Of a stretch of DNA of 64,000 nt, positions 1 through 12,132 are shown piece by piece; the first letter of the stretch is position 1, and the number at the start of each line of letters is the position of its first letter. The notes under the pieces are model-generated. The model saw nothing but the letters and a program-made list of their open reading frames with translations. It had not been told where the DNA came from and did not search any database. The position numbers were made by a program, and so were the translations under genes. Origin of the DNA: Antedon mediterranea (Eukaryota > Animalia > Echinodermata); NCBI RefSeq assembly GCF_964355755.1, contig NC_092676.1:3697888-3761887 (forward strand). Direction: 5' to 3'.

Positions 1-330
1 AGATGGAAATGAGGTCTATATTAATCAGCCAATCAGAACGAACGAATTTGACGATTTGGATGGATATATAGAAAATGAGAATGAAATATACGTAGATGGA
101 AATGAGGTCAATATTAATCAGCAAAGCAGAGTGAACAAATTTGAAAATTTGGATGGATATATAGAAAATGAGAATGAAATATATGTAGATGGAAATAAGG
201 CTTATGTTAATCAGCCAATCAGAGAAAATGAATTTGAACATTTTGATTAATATATAGAAAATGAGAATGAAATATACATAGATGGAAATGAGGTCGATAT
301 ATTAATCAGCCAATCAGAGCGAACATTTTT
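1..330 (+). repeat. 3' end of a D-type Ig-receptor locus: 93-nt (31-aa) ENEIYVDG tail repeats, partial at window edge
   Basis: Units of YIENENEIYVDGNEVxINQxxRxNxFExL match the tail ORFs at 14042-14464 and 33670-33918; in-frame stop at 248-250. Confidence 0.8.
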
Positions 331-743
331 TAACATTTAACGTTTAATATTCAAAACTTTAAAAAGTTCCTTATTAAATTTACACGCTTACATTGGTTTT
401 ATTAATTACACAGTATGTCATGAAAACAATGCAATTGGTTAAAATGTTTACACTATGGGGTTACTACAAAATTTTATACACTAGCTACTGTATATCTATG
501 CCATACAAATATCGAAAATACAAGAAAAACAAAACTGTGTTATGGTTGATCGAGTTTGATTAGCTACCAGATAATGAGTAAAAACTACAGAGTTTTGAAT
601 GTAAATTGTAAAACTTTCGTTGTATGAGGAACAAGATGCATACTGTAGATGCTACAGTGTATTCTGCACATTCTACTATCGCTGGCTTCAACTACTTTTC
701 TCTACTCTACCTTTCTACATGATCAAACAACTTTGAAATCAAC

Positions 744-2372
744 ATGACTGGAGATTGTGATGTTTTCTTCCTGGTTGTATTGACTTTATTGTCTTCATCT
801 TCACTTGCTAATGTTGAGTTTGTTACTAAGCCACCATCAAATGTGACTGTCTATCCAGGTCAGAATGTTTCACTGCCTTGTGTTTTTGAGAATTTAATTC
901 TAAATCACCACATAGTAGAATGGAGTTATTGGCCAAGTTACGAGTATAAGGAGATTATTTCACATGACAGAAATATTTTGTTACCAAGTATTAATAACAT
1001 TGCTGAAAGTTACTCAATTCTAGGTGATGAAATGAATTTCACACTTTTTATCAAAATACCAAGTTCAATAGACTTTAAATCATCTTCTAGTATAAAAACT
1101 GATTATAGATGCTCTGTGTATGAGCTAATCAAAGATGTCCCTATTGAAATAGCAATTTCAACTGTCGTCATACCGAAATATACATTTCATTCTCCAGTGT
1201 GTGGAGCAATCATCAAAACTGTTGTCATGGGAGAAACATTATTATTAGGATGTTGGCCACCAGAGACAGATTATAATGTTACAACAATTTTAACTGTAAA
1301 CAAACAAGTTCTACCTACTACTTATTATAATGGGGGCATTGCTTACAACTTGACTGTAACAAAAGAGTACCATAATGCAGTGTTTGTATGTGAATCGAGA
1401 AGAAAAGAAACAAATGAGACCAGAAGTTGCTCTGTAGGCCCACTCACTGTCAACTACAAACCAGAGATTAACATCACACAGATATCACCACTGGAATACA
1501 TCTGTACTGCAGAGGCTAGACCACCTGTTGATACAACAGTCTGGATTGTGGAATCTAGTGTTCCAGAAGATCACTTTACTATTTCAAATAAGACTTTGAA
1601 ATTTATTAAATTGCCAAAAGTTGGTTCTGAAATAACATGTGAAGCAGGAAATCTTTTGGGAAAAGAATCCAAGTCAATGATCATTCCATTGTTGAACAAT
1701 AATGATGAAGAAAAAATCAAAATTTACATGATCATATTATGCGTTGTAATAACTATTAACATCATTGTTGCAATTGGCGTTTGCTACCTTAAATATAAAA
1801 AGAAACAAAATAATAACAATACTGATGATGACTATGATGATACCACTGAAAGGCAGGAGAGACAAGATGAAGATGAATATCAAATACCTGACAAAAGTAC
1901 CAGTCAACATTACCAATCATTAACATCAGAAACAATGGCTACTAAAAATGATACCACTTATGAAACTGCTTTCACAATTGACAAAGGTCAGAGTGCAAAG
2001 GTCATACAAGATACTTTACCATTCTTGACCTCTATTGATGTACAAAAGATAGAAACTGTATATGATACAACTTATGCTGAATGTGCTGTTAACAAAGAAG
2101 ATGGCACAAAATATGAAGTCATTCCTGATCAGAAGGTAGAAAAGACATCTGGTAAAGTTGATGTGAATAATCCACATGTAAGGAAACGACCTAAAGGACC
2201 TGAATGTGATGAACTTTATATTGAAATCATTGATGACAAAGAAGATATCACAAAACATGAAAGCTGTGAAAACACATCCACAACTAGTGCAGTTTATGTC
2301 AACAATCCATGTGTCAGGAAACAACAGCCTACAGGAACTATATGTGATGAACCTTTATATAGAAATCATTGA
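744..2372 (+). CDS. Single-ORF IgSF type I receptor G1 (SP-V-Ig-Ig-TM-A-type Tyr tail), 542 aa
   Basis: Signal peptide (FFLVVLTLLSSSSLA); V domain with LPC..EW..FTLFI..YRC; two more Cys-paired domains; TM IYMIILCVVITINIIVAIGVCY followed by a basic stretch; tail motifs YDD, YQI, YQSL, YET, YEVI, YVNN. A +1 insertion near 2352 shifts the last few codons. Confidence 0.9.
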   Translation: MTGDCDVFFLVVLTLLSSSSLANVEFVTKPPSNVTVYPGQNVSLPCVFENLILNHHIVEWSYWPSYEYKEIISHDRNILLPSINNIAESYSILGDEMNFTLFIKIPSSIDFKSSSSIKTDYRCSVYELIKDVPIEIAISTVVIPKYTFHSPVCGAIIKTVVMGETLLLGCWPPETDYNVTTILTVNKQVLPTTYYNGGIAYNLTVTKEYHNAVFVCESRRKETNETRSCSVGPLTVNYKPEINITQISPLEYICTAEARPPVDTTVWIVESSVPEDHFTISNKTLKFIKLPKVGSEITCEAGNLLGKESKSMIIPLLNNNDEEKIKIYMIILCVVITINIIVAIGVCYLKYKKKQNNNNTDDDYDDTTERQERQDEDEYQIPDKSTSQHYQSLTSETMATKNDTTYETAFTIDKGQSAKVIQDTLPFLTSIDVQKIETVYDTTYAECAVNKEDGTKYEVIPDQKVEKTSGKVDVNNPHVRKRPKGPECDELYIEIIDDKEDITKHESCENTSTTSAVYVNNPCVRKQQPTGTICDEPLYRNH

Positions 2373-3485
2373 TGACAAAGAGGATGGCACAAAATAGAGT
2401 TTATGTCAATAATTCTTAGAAATATTATTATACTACTTAATGAAGAATATCTTAAATTTGAATAGAAAATAATTAAACTTTCAGAAAAAATTGCTCTTTT
2501 TAAAAATTAAATTATTAATTATTTTTGTTAAATTGTATGTCATTAATAATTAATATTGTAAATATTTTTATCTTTTATAGTGTTAATGTACTGTACCAAT
2601 CGTTTTTTACTATAATTATATAGTAAAAGCTTTTAAAATCACAATTTCTAAAAACTAAATCATACTTTTGCTGTAATTTTCACACACATTAAATGAAAAT
2701 ATTAGAAATAAATTTAATACTAACATAAGTCACTAGAATATTAGTTCAGTATTGATGATATTTTTTATAAATGCTTTTTGTAACATACTAATACAAATAT
2801 ACTACTTGTATAAAATACTTAAAGATGTATTGTCCCCAAAAAACATGAAAAATGAAGATTAATTAAATCAGACATTGAATTAGAATTTTGTAGTTTTTAC
2901 AAAGTTAATCACTTCCATAGAAGGGGGGACAATATATATTTGAAGTGCATAAATTTCAAATAATTCTGTATTTTTTTATTTTTTATATTACAATTTTGTA
3001 ATACTTAGAATTAAATATTAACAATTTTTCTTACAAAGTATTATATTGAATAGTCTTATAGCACACCTAATTCCGCATCATCATGTATTGTATCCTATAC
3101 ATTTACCATATATTCCAACCCTTCCTATTAAACAGGAAATCTTTATAAAATTCAACCAAAAATAATCATGATTTTCTTATTTTTTTATAATAATATTCAC
3201 CGTTATATAGATTTCATAAACCAGTTTAGTTTTATTTCATAAAAATATTCTTAACAGTATTTCAAATACAGCATGGGATTTTGACATACAATAATTAAAT
3301 TTATCAGAGTTTATATGATGTGTACTGCCACAGAATATGAAATATAACATGCAAAAAAAAAAAAAAGAAATAAACTTTATATTTTAAAAATATTTTGCAT
3401 TTGTTTGGTTTCTATCATTGTTTTGTAAAAAACAGACAATAAGTTTGTTTACCTTTACAGAAAACTTAACCCTAGGGTCTACACT

Positions 3486-3782
3486 AATATAATATAATAA
3501 TATCCAGGATTTATATAACACCTAATGTAATGAAACCTCTAAGCGCTGAACATTATTACCCAAGTCATTTTTGGATCAAACATGTATGGAAACATACTTC
3601 CATAATGCAGCTAGTAATCAGCGCAAAGTTGTGTCTTGATCTAACCGGGTACCCATTTATACACCTGGGTGGAGAGAGGCAAACATAAGTAAAGTATCTT
3701 GCCTACAGATACAAGCAATGCGGAGCAACCTCGGTCTCACGATCAGTAGTCCAACGTCCAACAAACTGTGCCACACGCCCTC
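3486..3782 (-). mobile_element. tRNA-derived SINE with L2-like 3' tail (copy 1, B-box deleted)
   Basis: Minus strand reads GAGGGCGTGTGGCACAG (A-box-like), central CCTCTCTCCACCCAGGTGTATAAATGGGTACC and a CAGCGCTTAGAG..TATATAAAT..ATT-rich tail; the paralogue near 45760 retains GGTTCGAATCC. Confidence 0.7.
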
Positions 3783-4699
3783 ACAAAAAATTCTTCATCG
3801 TCTTAGACACTAGCAAACTTGCGCAAACTCTGGGTTTTCAAAGTATATTCACAATATCATAAAACCAAGGCAATTTAACAACAGGATGCTGAGCTCCGGA
3901 GATCAAAAGATTTATCTGTGGCTTCGACACGATCAGTTCCACCCTCCATTAGCGGACACCGCGCTCCCCAGCAAATATGAACAGTACTGTTAGTATTTGT
4001 TGCAGCCAGACATAAGATCAAAGCACTGAACATGAGTTCCTATCTTGGCAAGGTGAGCTCAGTGTTTTGCATGTGTATTGATATGGGTTTGTTAGTAGTC
4101 AAAGCTTGTGGTTGGACAATATTTTTTTTTTCATACTTCTTCAACATCTTTATTGATAGACTTTATCCAAGTCTTTAATTAAATTGTCTTTTTATGTTGG
4201 CGCTTGTAAAAATGTTCTCAATTGAATGATTCCAGCTAAAATATAGTTATGACACGCCATACATGCCAAAATGTTTTTCTTTCAAATCGACATCTAAACC
4301 CTGTATACCCTGTAGACTACTTTATTGTGTACATGGGTTTGGCCGGCTTTATTCACTCACCAACGTATTTACTCGCCGTTGGCTAGAGATTGTTTTTAGT
4401 GGAAAACCGGCAGTAGGCGGTCTTGTGATTTTTATGGTTGTGAGTACCAATCACAATTAGGTTGAAGTCTGTTCTCTAAGCTGAAGTTTAAACTTGTATG
4501 TGATCTGCAGATACTGTACCAACTAATCAGTACATGATACATAATTATCATATGAATATTCAATAGTTTGAAGTTGAAAATCAATATAAGATTATTGTGT
4601 TCAATAGTGTACACTTCTTTGTACATACTTTGAAATACAGAGGATGCTGTTTTACATAAAAGACCATGACTAGTCTTTACAAACTTTCTTTGTAAAAGA

Positions 4700-5790
4700 A
4701 AATATTGCTACTGTATATTAGAAATAACTATTTCAGCCTACCATGGAGTAATATGATAATAGTTAGTATACCTCCATGCTATTAAAACTCTTCAGACAAT
4801 AATAATGGAATAGAATGGCAGAGGATGAAAAAAAAAACATATTGCAGAGTGCAAGAGTGTAATTTCACTTTTCCTGCTCCAGTGCACAAAGAAATGTTAA
4901 TGCTATGGTTTCTGAACCTGATCAGCTCTCAGCCAATGAGTGAACAGCAGAGTATTACCAATACCAAAAAAAAAACCACAGGTACTTTTATTACTCAAAA
5001 CCTATCACAATAATCTCATGGTTAACTGAGTCTGATCAACTCTCAGCCAATGAGTAAACAGCAGAGGATTATCAATACTAAAAGAATTTTTTGTGTGTGT
5101 GTGTGTGTTATTTTTCACTGTAAACTTGTTGCACATCTCATTGAGACTGTGCCTTTGATTTAAAAGAGATACAATAAAAGTTCAGTTCAGGTACGAACTT
5201 ATCACAATGACCTCATGGTTGACTGAACAACTCTCAGCCAATGAGTGAACAGCAGAAAATTATCAATGTATTAGTTATTACTTCCATTATTTGTTTTCAC
5301 TAGTAGTACTCAATATAGTATTTGTTGGTTTGAAATCAATTATTTCCTTAACTTTCTATACAACAACTTTAAACCACCTGTTTATGAAACAGTCTGGATT
5401 GTGAAAAACAACAATACTCTAAAGTATTAACATTCAGTGAACCATCTGAGGTTGATCACCTGACAAGTGTAACATGCAAAGGGCAAAATGTTATTGGGAC
5501 GGCAATAAAAACATTAAGTATTCAAAAGAAATGTTAATATGTTATAAATGTAAAGATGACAACATTGGAATGCTCTACTAATTGTAAACCTACAATCATT
5601 ATAACAACGTCAGAAAAAAACAAATTATAACTACTAATTATGACGGATTATACATTGGACACAATATTAATGTAACAAAAGGTAAACACAATGCAATGTT
5701 TATTTGTAGTTCAAAGAAGAACATTTCTAAAATTTGTATGACGATTCCAAATCGCAAGATAACGACAACCGTTCCTGTAACACGTAATCA
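4700..5790 (+). pseudogene. D-type receptor remnant: promoter modules plus degraded Ig domains 3-4
   Basis: 5373-5785 aligns by eye with 32921-33373 (ccacctgtt.atgaaacagtctggattgtg, acatgcaaagg.caaaatgttattggg, actaattatgacggattatacattgga) with deletions and stops. Confidence 0.75.
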
Positions 5791-6092
5791 AAATTATATT
5801 ATTTTATATATGCTCAATACTATTAAAAAAAAACCTTTATAAATTTTCTTTGAAAATATTTTTAATATCCTGTTCTATGTTGGGTGTAGTTTTGTATTAA
5901 TGTGTATAGAGCTACAGTATTCTACTGGCAGATGCTTTTACTTATATATCGAAGTTTTAATCTCAATTTGAAATTTAGTATTATTTAGAAAAGTATCTTG
6001 CAGTAAAACGTGTATAATATTCAAATTTTTTTTTAAAAAGTTCCTCGAAATTACACGTACATTGATTTTCCTATGATTCAGGTGAACAGTAT

Positions 6093-6420
6093 GGGGAAGA
6101 TGGTATGAGGTTTTAAGAGAAAACAGAATATGTAAATTATGTCATAGGAATGAGATAGAAAATGAATATCACTTTCTGTTAATTTGTCCGTTCTATAATG
6201 AGTTACGTCACTTTATTTATTACCAGTTTTGTTTATAATTACTCTTCTGAAAGTAAGTTCATTAATTTAATGGCTTCCAGAAATATTACTTTAATTGGAA
6301 ATATGTCTAAATTTTGTGCATTTAAAAAAAGAAATAATTCATTTTGCATCTAATTTTTGTAAATAAAATGTACTTTGTGCTGTGTAAAAAAATGCCCTAC
6401 AGTCTGGGATAAAGAAGAAG
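6093..6420 (+). mobile_element. 5'-truncated LINE 3' end encoding a CCHC zinc knuckle; copies also at ~14872-15880 and ~49799-50168
   Basis: Translates RENRICKLCHRNEIENEYHFLLICPFYNELR and ends in a (AAG)n tail; absent at the equivalent sites ~415 and ~34120 (cagtatgtcatga). Confidence 0.7.
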
Positions 6421-7496
6421 TATCATGACAACATTGGAATTGTTTAAAACGTTTAAACTATAGTGTTAAGACATAATTTTATACACCAGCTACTGAATGT
6501 CTATGCCATACTGACATCGAAATATAAGAAAAACTGTGTTAACTGTTACTATAAAGTAATAAATCAATTGAATTAAGTTTAGGCAGAACACATAATTGTA
6601 ACACATCTGCTATGATAATATTCTATATGAAATAATGCTAAACATAAGGTCATACCTATAATAAAGCTATATATTATAAAACTAACAAACACCTAGGCCT
6701 ATACTAAAACTAATACATGATAGAAATAAATGTATTAGGGTAAAACATAGACTGAAATACACGGTCAAACATATATAAGTAAACAAACAAATGTAAATGG
6801 CCAACATAGTAAGAACAGAACTTTAAGGTTTAGAAATAGTGGAATGAAACAAATGTTATACAAGGCCAACACATAAAAAGTAGCATATAATGTGTTTATA
6901 ATAACTAGATTAAACTGATTCGTAAATGTAAATAGGTCTATTAATGTGTGTATGGGTGTGTATATTTGTAATGGATGTAAGGTCAAAAGAAAAAAGAAAC
7001 ATACAAATTGTGAGTACTGATTTGAAATATAATAAAAGAAACAGCTACTTTTTAATACATTTCTTAATATAAAGTAAATTTAAATGATAAATAGTCGTAC
7101 TTTTACTATAACTTGCAATAAACATAAAATGTACGTTTTTAGAGCATACTTTTACTCCATCGATTTTATGTACATGTATAGATATAGTGCCTTTTCAACT
7201 ACTATATTGAATTTTATTGTTTTATATTTTTACAAAAATGTATTTATGTTATATAATATATATTTGTAAAAGGAATGAATAAATGTGGGTGACCCCAACG
7301 AAAGAGAAAAAAAAACAGTTATGGTTGATCGAGTTTGATTTATTAGCTAACAGCCAATGAGTAAAAACTACAGAGTTTCAAATGTAAATTTTGAAACTTT
7401 CGTTGTATGAGGAACAAGATGCATACTGTAGATGCTACAGTGTATTCTGCACATTCTACTATCGCTGGCTTCAACTATTGATTCTTTACTTTCTAC

Positions 7497-8309
7497 ATGA
7501 TCAACAACTTTGAAACCAACATGACTGAAGATTGTGATAATGTTTTCTTCCTGGTTGTATTGACTTTATTGTCTTCTTCTTCACTTGCTAATGTTGAGTT
7601 TGTTACTAAGCCACCATCAAATGTGACTGTCTATCGAGGTCAGAGTGTTTCACTGCCTTGTGTTTTTAGGAATTTAATTCCAAATCACCATATAGTAGAA
7701 TGGACTTATTGGCCAAGTTATGAGGAGAATGAGATTATTTCACATGACAGAAATATTTTGTTACCAAGTATTAATAACATTGCTGAAAGGTACTCAATTC
7801 TAGGTGAGGGAATGAATTTTACAATTGCTATCAAAATACCAAGATTAATAGATTTTAAATTATCTTCTAGTATAAGAACTCATTATATATGCTCTGTGTT
7901 AGAACCAAGCAAAGATGTCATAGTAACAGCAACCTCAACTGTTATTATAAAGAAACAACCATTTAGTACTCTAAACAAAGATGAGGAAAACAGTAATAAC
8001 ATTTCAATTATCATCGTTGTAGTTATTGTTGGTTTTGGTATGATTGTTGTCCTCATGATTCTCTGTTTTTCCAGAAAAAAGAAAAGTCAAATAGAAAATA
8101 AAAAAAAAATGAACAAAAATAGTTCTCAGCCAAATACATTAACAACCAACAAACTTGTTTACGATTATGTAGCAGTCACTGAAATCGAGTTAGAAGATTA
8201 TCAGGAAGTGGAGAATGAATTTTACGTTGGCGGTGATATTGTTATCAATGCAAAAAGTAAAACAGAATATGAAAATGTAAACCAATACAACTTAAAGGTC
8301 AGAGACTAA
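7497..8309 (+). CDS. Single-V-domain IgSF receptor G2 (SP-V-TM-shortened B-type tail); start may be 7521
   Basis: V domain followed directly by stalk and TM; tail YDYV, YQEV, YVG, YENV. The homologous rest of the B tail (to ~8677) is out of frame. Confidence 0.85.
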   Translation: MINNFETNMTEDCDNVFFLVVLTLLSSSSLANVEFVTKPPSNVTVYRGQSVSLPCVFRNLIPNHHIVEWTYWPSYEENEIISHDRNILLPSINNIAERYSILGEGMNFTIAIKIPRLIDFKLSSSIRTHYICSVLEPSKDVIVTATSTVIIKKQPFSTLNKDEENSNNISIIIVVVIVGFGMIVVLMILCFSRKKKSQIENKKKMNKNSSQPNTLTTNKLVYDYVAVTEIELEDYQEVENEFYVGGDIVINAKSKTEYENVNQYNLKVRD

Positions 8310-10398
8310 TTGATAATGTACTATATGATGAGCAAGCTACAAGTTTTAAAGAATACGCGGTGAATAGTGGAAGGAATGAAAAAGGACATTTATTCCAGAG
8401 CAAATAAAAGATATTAAGAACTAGAAGAGTATCAGGAAACAGAGAACAACTTATATGTTGGTGGCAATATTGTCAGCAATAGTGAAAGAAATAAAGACAA
8501 TATAAACAGGGTCAGGGACTGATTGACAATTATGATGAGCCAACTACAAGTCATAAAGAAAAGGCGATAAAAAATGGAAAACAAGGAGTAAATATTATTT
8601 ATTCCAAAGTAAATAAACAAGATTATAAAGAATGTGAAAATGAAATATATCAAGGTCCTGATAAATTGTCACAGTAAAATATCAATTAGCATAAGATGAG
8701 AAATAAATGTCATTGCAGAAAATTGTATGTATAGTTATTTAGTATAATGTAGACTTTTTTTACCTTTTAAACATTTTATACTTTGTGTTTTTAAATGTTC
8801 TGTAGGTACTGTACATATACTGCTTCTTCTTCGGGAGGTTTTTACAAATAAATAAAATTATTAGATAAATAATAACCGACTAATATCATTGCATTTTTCA
8901 TTGGTAAACAATATAATTTGTATTGTGTGTAACATTATGAATGGAACTAACCTTAATGTTATGCTATAGTGTATCCTCCTACACTCACTTGGGCAGTAGG
9001 CCAGGCTGAGGCCCAATGAAATTGGTGGTATATTATTGGTTTATAAATTGAAAATTACCATGGGCTTATCTCCAGGTTGGGCTTACACTTGAATCTAAAT
9101 GGTACTTATTACTAATATCTAATTTGTGCAACAAAATAATTGTGTAGAAAACACATTTTTCAGGATTTCTTCTCAGCGTTAACAACTTTACACCAAAATA
9201 ATAAAATATGAAGCTTCTTGATTGGACAGAATGTTGTATTGCAACAGTCATTAAACTTGCTATTGGCAGTTCTTGAAAAAAAAACCGTCTAAACAAATAA
9301 GAATAAATTATATTGTTTAACCAAAAAAAGATTTTCATTTCAAAAAAAGACAATTAAGTATATTTTTACAAAAACTAATTCAGTATTATTTCATTTGTAT
9401 GTATTATTATACAGCATTTAACAGTCACTTCTTTTGAATGTTTGTTTAGCACAAGCAAACTCATTCCTACACAAATAAAAACCAATAAGTTCACTGAACT
9501 AAATACCAGAATTAGAATTTCAAAACTAATATGATGTACTGACAACGAATTCCTTTTTAGTATGAAAACAAAACACTCTATTTTTGTCATATTTTTTTAT
9601 GTAATTATTACCGGAAAGGTAATAATTTTTATTGTGAAATGTTTTTTTTTAAATATACTATATATCTTGTAATCGTCAAAGATAGATTTTAAGTCATTTT
9701 TGCTTGTACTTGGCTATACAAAAGTTTAATAGAATGCTGATGTTCATAATATAACAACAAATTTTGAATATAAAACAAAGAATTGGGAGAAATTATTTTC
9801 CTTATTAAAACAGTGCATATTGCAAGAAAAAACTAAAAATATTACATTTTGTGGGGTGGTAATTGACAAATAATAATAATAAAAACTTACTTATACTCAT
9901 ATATATTCATATTAATATTTTCATTTAAACTTTAATAAAAGGATGAAATGTTTCAATTCTTATTTGGTCATAATTTTCATAATTATCAGAAAAAAACATA
10001 CTATTCTATGAACCCTGCATAGGTACAGATATAAAATGTCATGGTTGAATGGTTTAAACTCTCAACCAATCAGTGTAAAGTTTTAATATTGTTTTAACAA
10101 AGGAAGTACATATATATATATATATTCAAAATCATGCACTCTGGTACGTTATTGTAACACTATTATACAGTAAATACCATAGCACTTGTATAATACTTAA
10201 TAGGAATAACATCAGTTTCACATTCTGAAAAAGTTTCAGCTTAAAATTATTTAAGTATCCAGTACAAAGCCCTTAGGAGCCTGTTGGAAAGTTTTAGAAG
10301 AACATCACACCAGTATTTTGAGTCAGATACAGTGCATCAAGTTGTTTGAAAAGACTTCAATATCTGGTTTACAAGTTTTAATTTTCAACGAAAAAGTT

Positions 10399-12132
10399 AT
10401 GTATAAATACAGTGTTTGCTTCCTTGTGATGTGGATTGCATTGGTTTCTTCTTTTTGTGAGTTTGTTACTAAGCCACCATCAACAGTGACTGTCTATCCA
10501 GGTCAGAATGTTTCACTGCCTTGTGTTTTTGATAAATGTTTACATGAACATCAATACACAGTAGAATGGAGTTATTGGCCAGTCACGTTTGAATCTGCAG
10601 AGATTATTATTATTTCAAATGACAAAAATCTTTTGTTACCAAGTTTTGATCAAATTGCTGAAAGTTACTCAATTCAAGGTTATCGAACGAATTTCACACT
10701 TTTCATCAAAATACCAAGTTTAATTAATTTTAGATTTTCAAGTGTTAGCAGTCAGTATAGATGTTCTGTGTTTGACCCAAGAAACAGTGTCCCTGTTAAA
10801 ATAGCAACTTCAACTGTCATTATGCAGAAACCAACATTTCATTCTCCAGTGTGTAGAAAAATCAAGACAACTGTTGTCATTGGAGAAACATTATCATTAA
10901 GATGGATTTTACTCACCAATAACAGATTATGATGTAACAACAATTTTAACTGTGAACAAACAAGTTCTACCTACAATTATTGCTTACAACTTGACTGTGT
11001 AACAAAAGAGTACCATAATGCAGTGTTTGTATGTGAATCAAGAAGAAAAGAAACAAATGAGACAAGAAGTTGCTCTGTTGGCCCACTCACGGTCAACTAT
11101 AAACCAGAGATTAACATCACACAGATATCACCACTGGAATACATCTGTACTGCAGAGGCTAGACCACCTGTTGATACAACAGTCTGGATTGTGGAATCTA
11201 GTGTTCCAGAAGATCACTTTACTATTTCAAATAAGACTTTGAAATTTACTAAATTGCCAAAAGTTGGTTCTGAAATAACATGTGAAGCAGGCAATCTTTT
11301 GGGAGAAGATTCCAAGTCAATGATCATTCCATTGTTGAACAATAATGATGAAGAAAAAATAAGAATTTACATGATCATATTATGCATTGTTATAACTATT
11401 AACATCATTGTTGCAATTGGCGTTTGCTACCGTAAATATAAAAAGAAACAAAATAATAACATTACTGATGATGACTATGATGATACCACTGAAAGGCAGG
11501 AGAGACAAGATGAAGATGAATATCAAATACCTGACAAAAGTACCAGTCAACATTACCAATCATTAAAATTAGAAAAAGTTGCTACTAATAAAGATACTAC
11601 TTATGAAACTACTTTCACAATTGACAAAGGTCAGAGTGCAAGTGTCATGCCAGATATATACATGAGCTCTATTGATGGTGGACCAAAGATAGAAACTGTG
11701 TATGATACAGCTTATGCTGAATGTGCTGTTAACGAAAAAGATGGCACAAAATATGAAGTCATTCCTGATAAGAATGTAGAAAAGACATCGGGCGAAGTTT
11801 ATGTGAATAATCCACGTGAAAGGAAGCAACAACCTAAAGGACCTGAATGTAATGAACCACATATAGAAATTGTTGTTGACAAACAAGACATTTTTACAAA
11901 ACATGCTGATGTTGAAAACACATCCACACCTAGTGCAGTTTATGTGAATAATCCACATGTCAGGAAACAACAACCTAAAGGACCTGTATGTGATGAACCA
12001 CAAAAAGAAATTGTTGATGACAAACAAGACATCACAAAACATGTTGATGTTGAAAACACTTCCACATCCAGTTCTATTTATGTCAATAATCCGCATGTTA
12101 AAATACAGCCATCTACAAACATTCAGAAATAG
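10399..12132 (+). pseudogene. A-type IgSF receptor G3 with frameshifts in Ig domain 2
   Basis: MYKYSVCF signal peptide and V domain; indels at ~10905-11000 give a stop at 10932; the downstream ORF 11023-12132 encodes the rest, with three YVNNP motifs. Confidence 0.85.

Noticed and set aside
4825-5013. Small ORF KKTYCRVQECNF (also 48454-48756)
   Set aside because: Lies in duplicated D-type upstream DNA over promoter motifs; length and frame are not conserved among copies.
11018-11242. Recurrent 74-aa alternative-frame ORF MQCLYVNQEEKK (also 19735, 32771, 35089, 51146)
   Set aside because: Explained by nucleotide identity of the homogenised core; no independent coding evidence.
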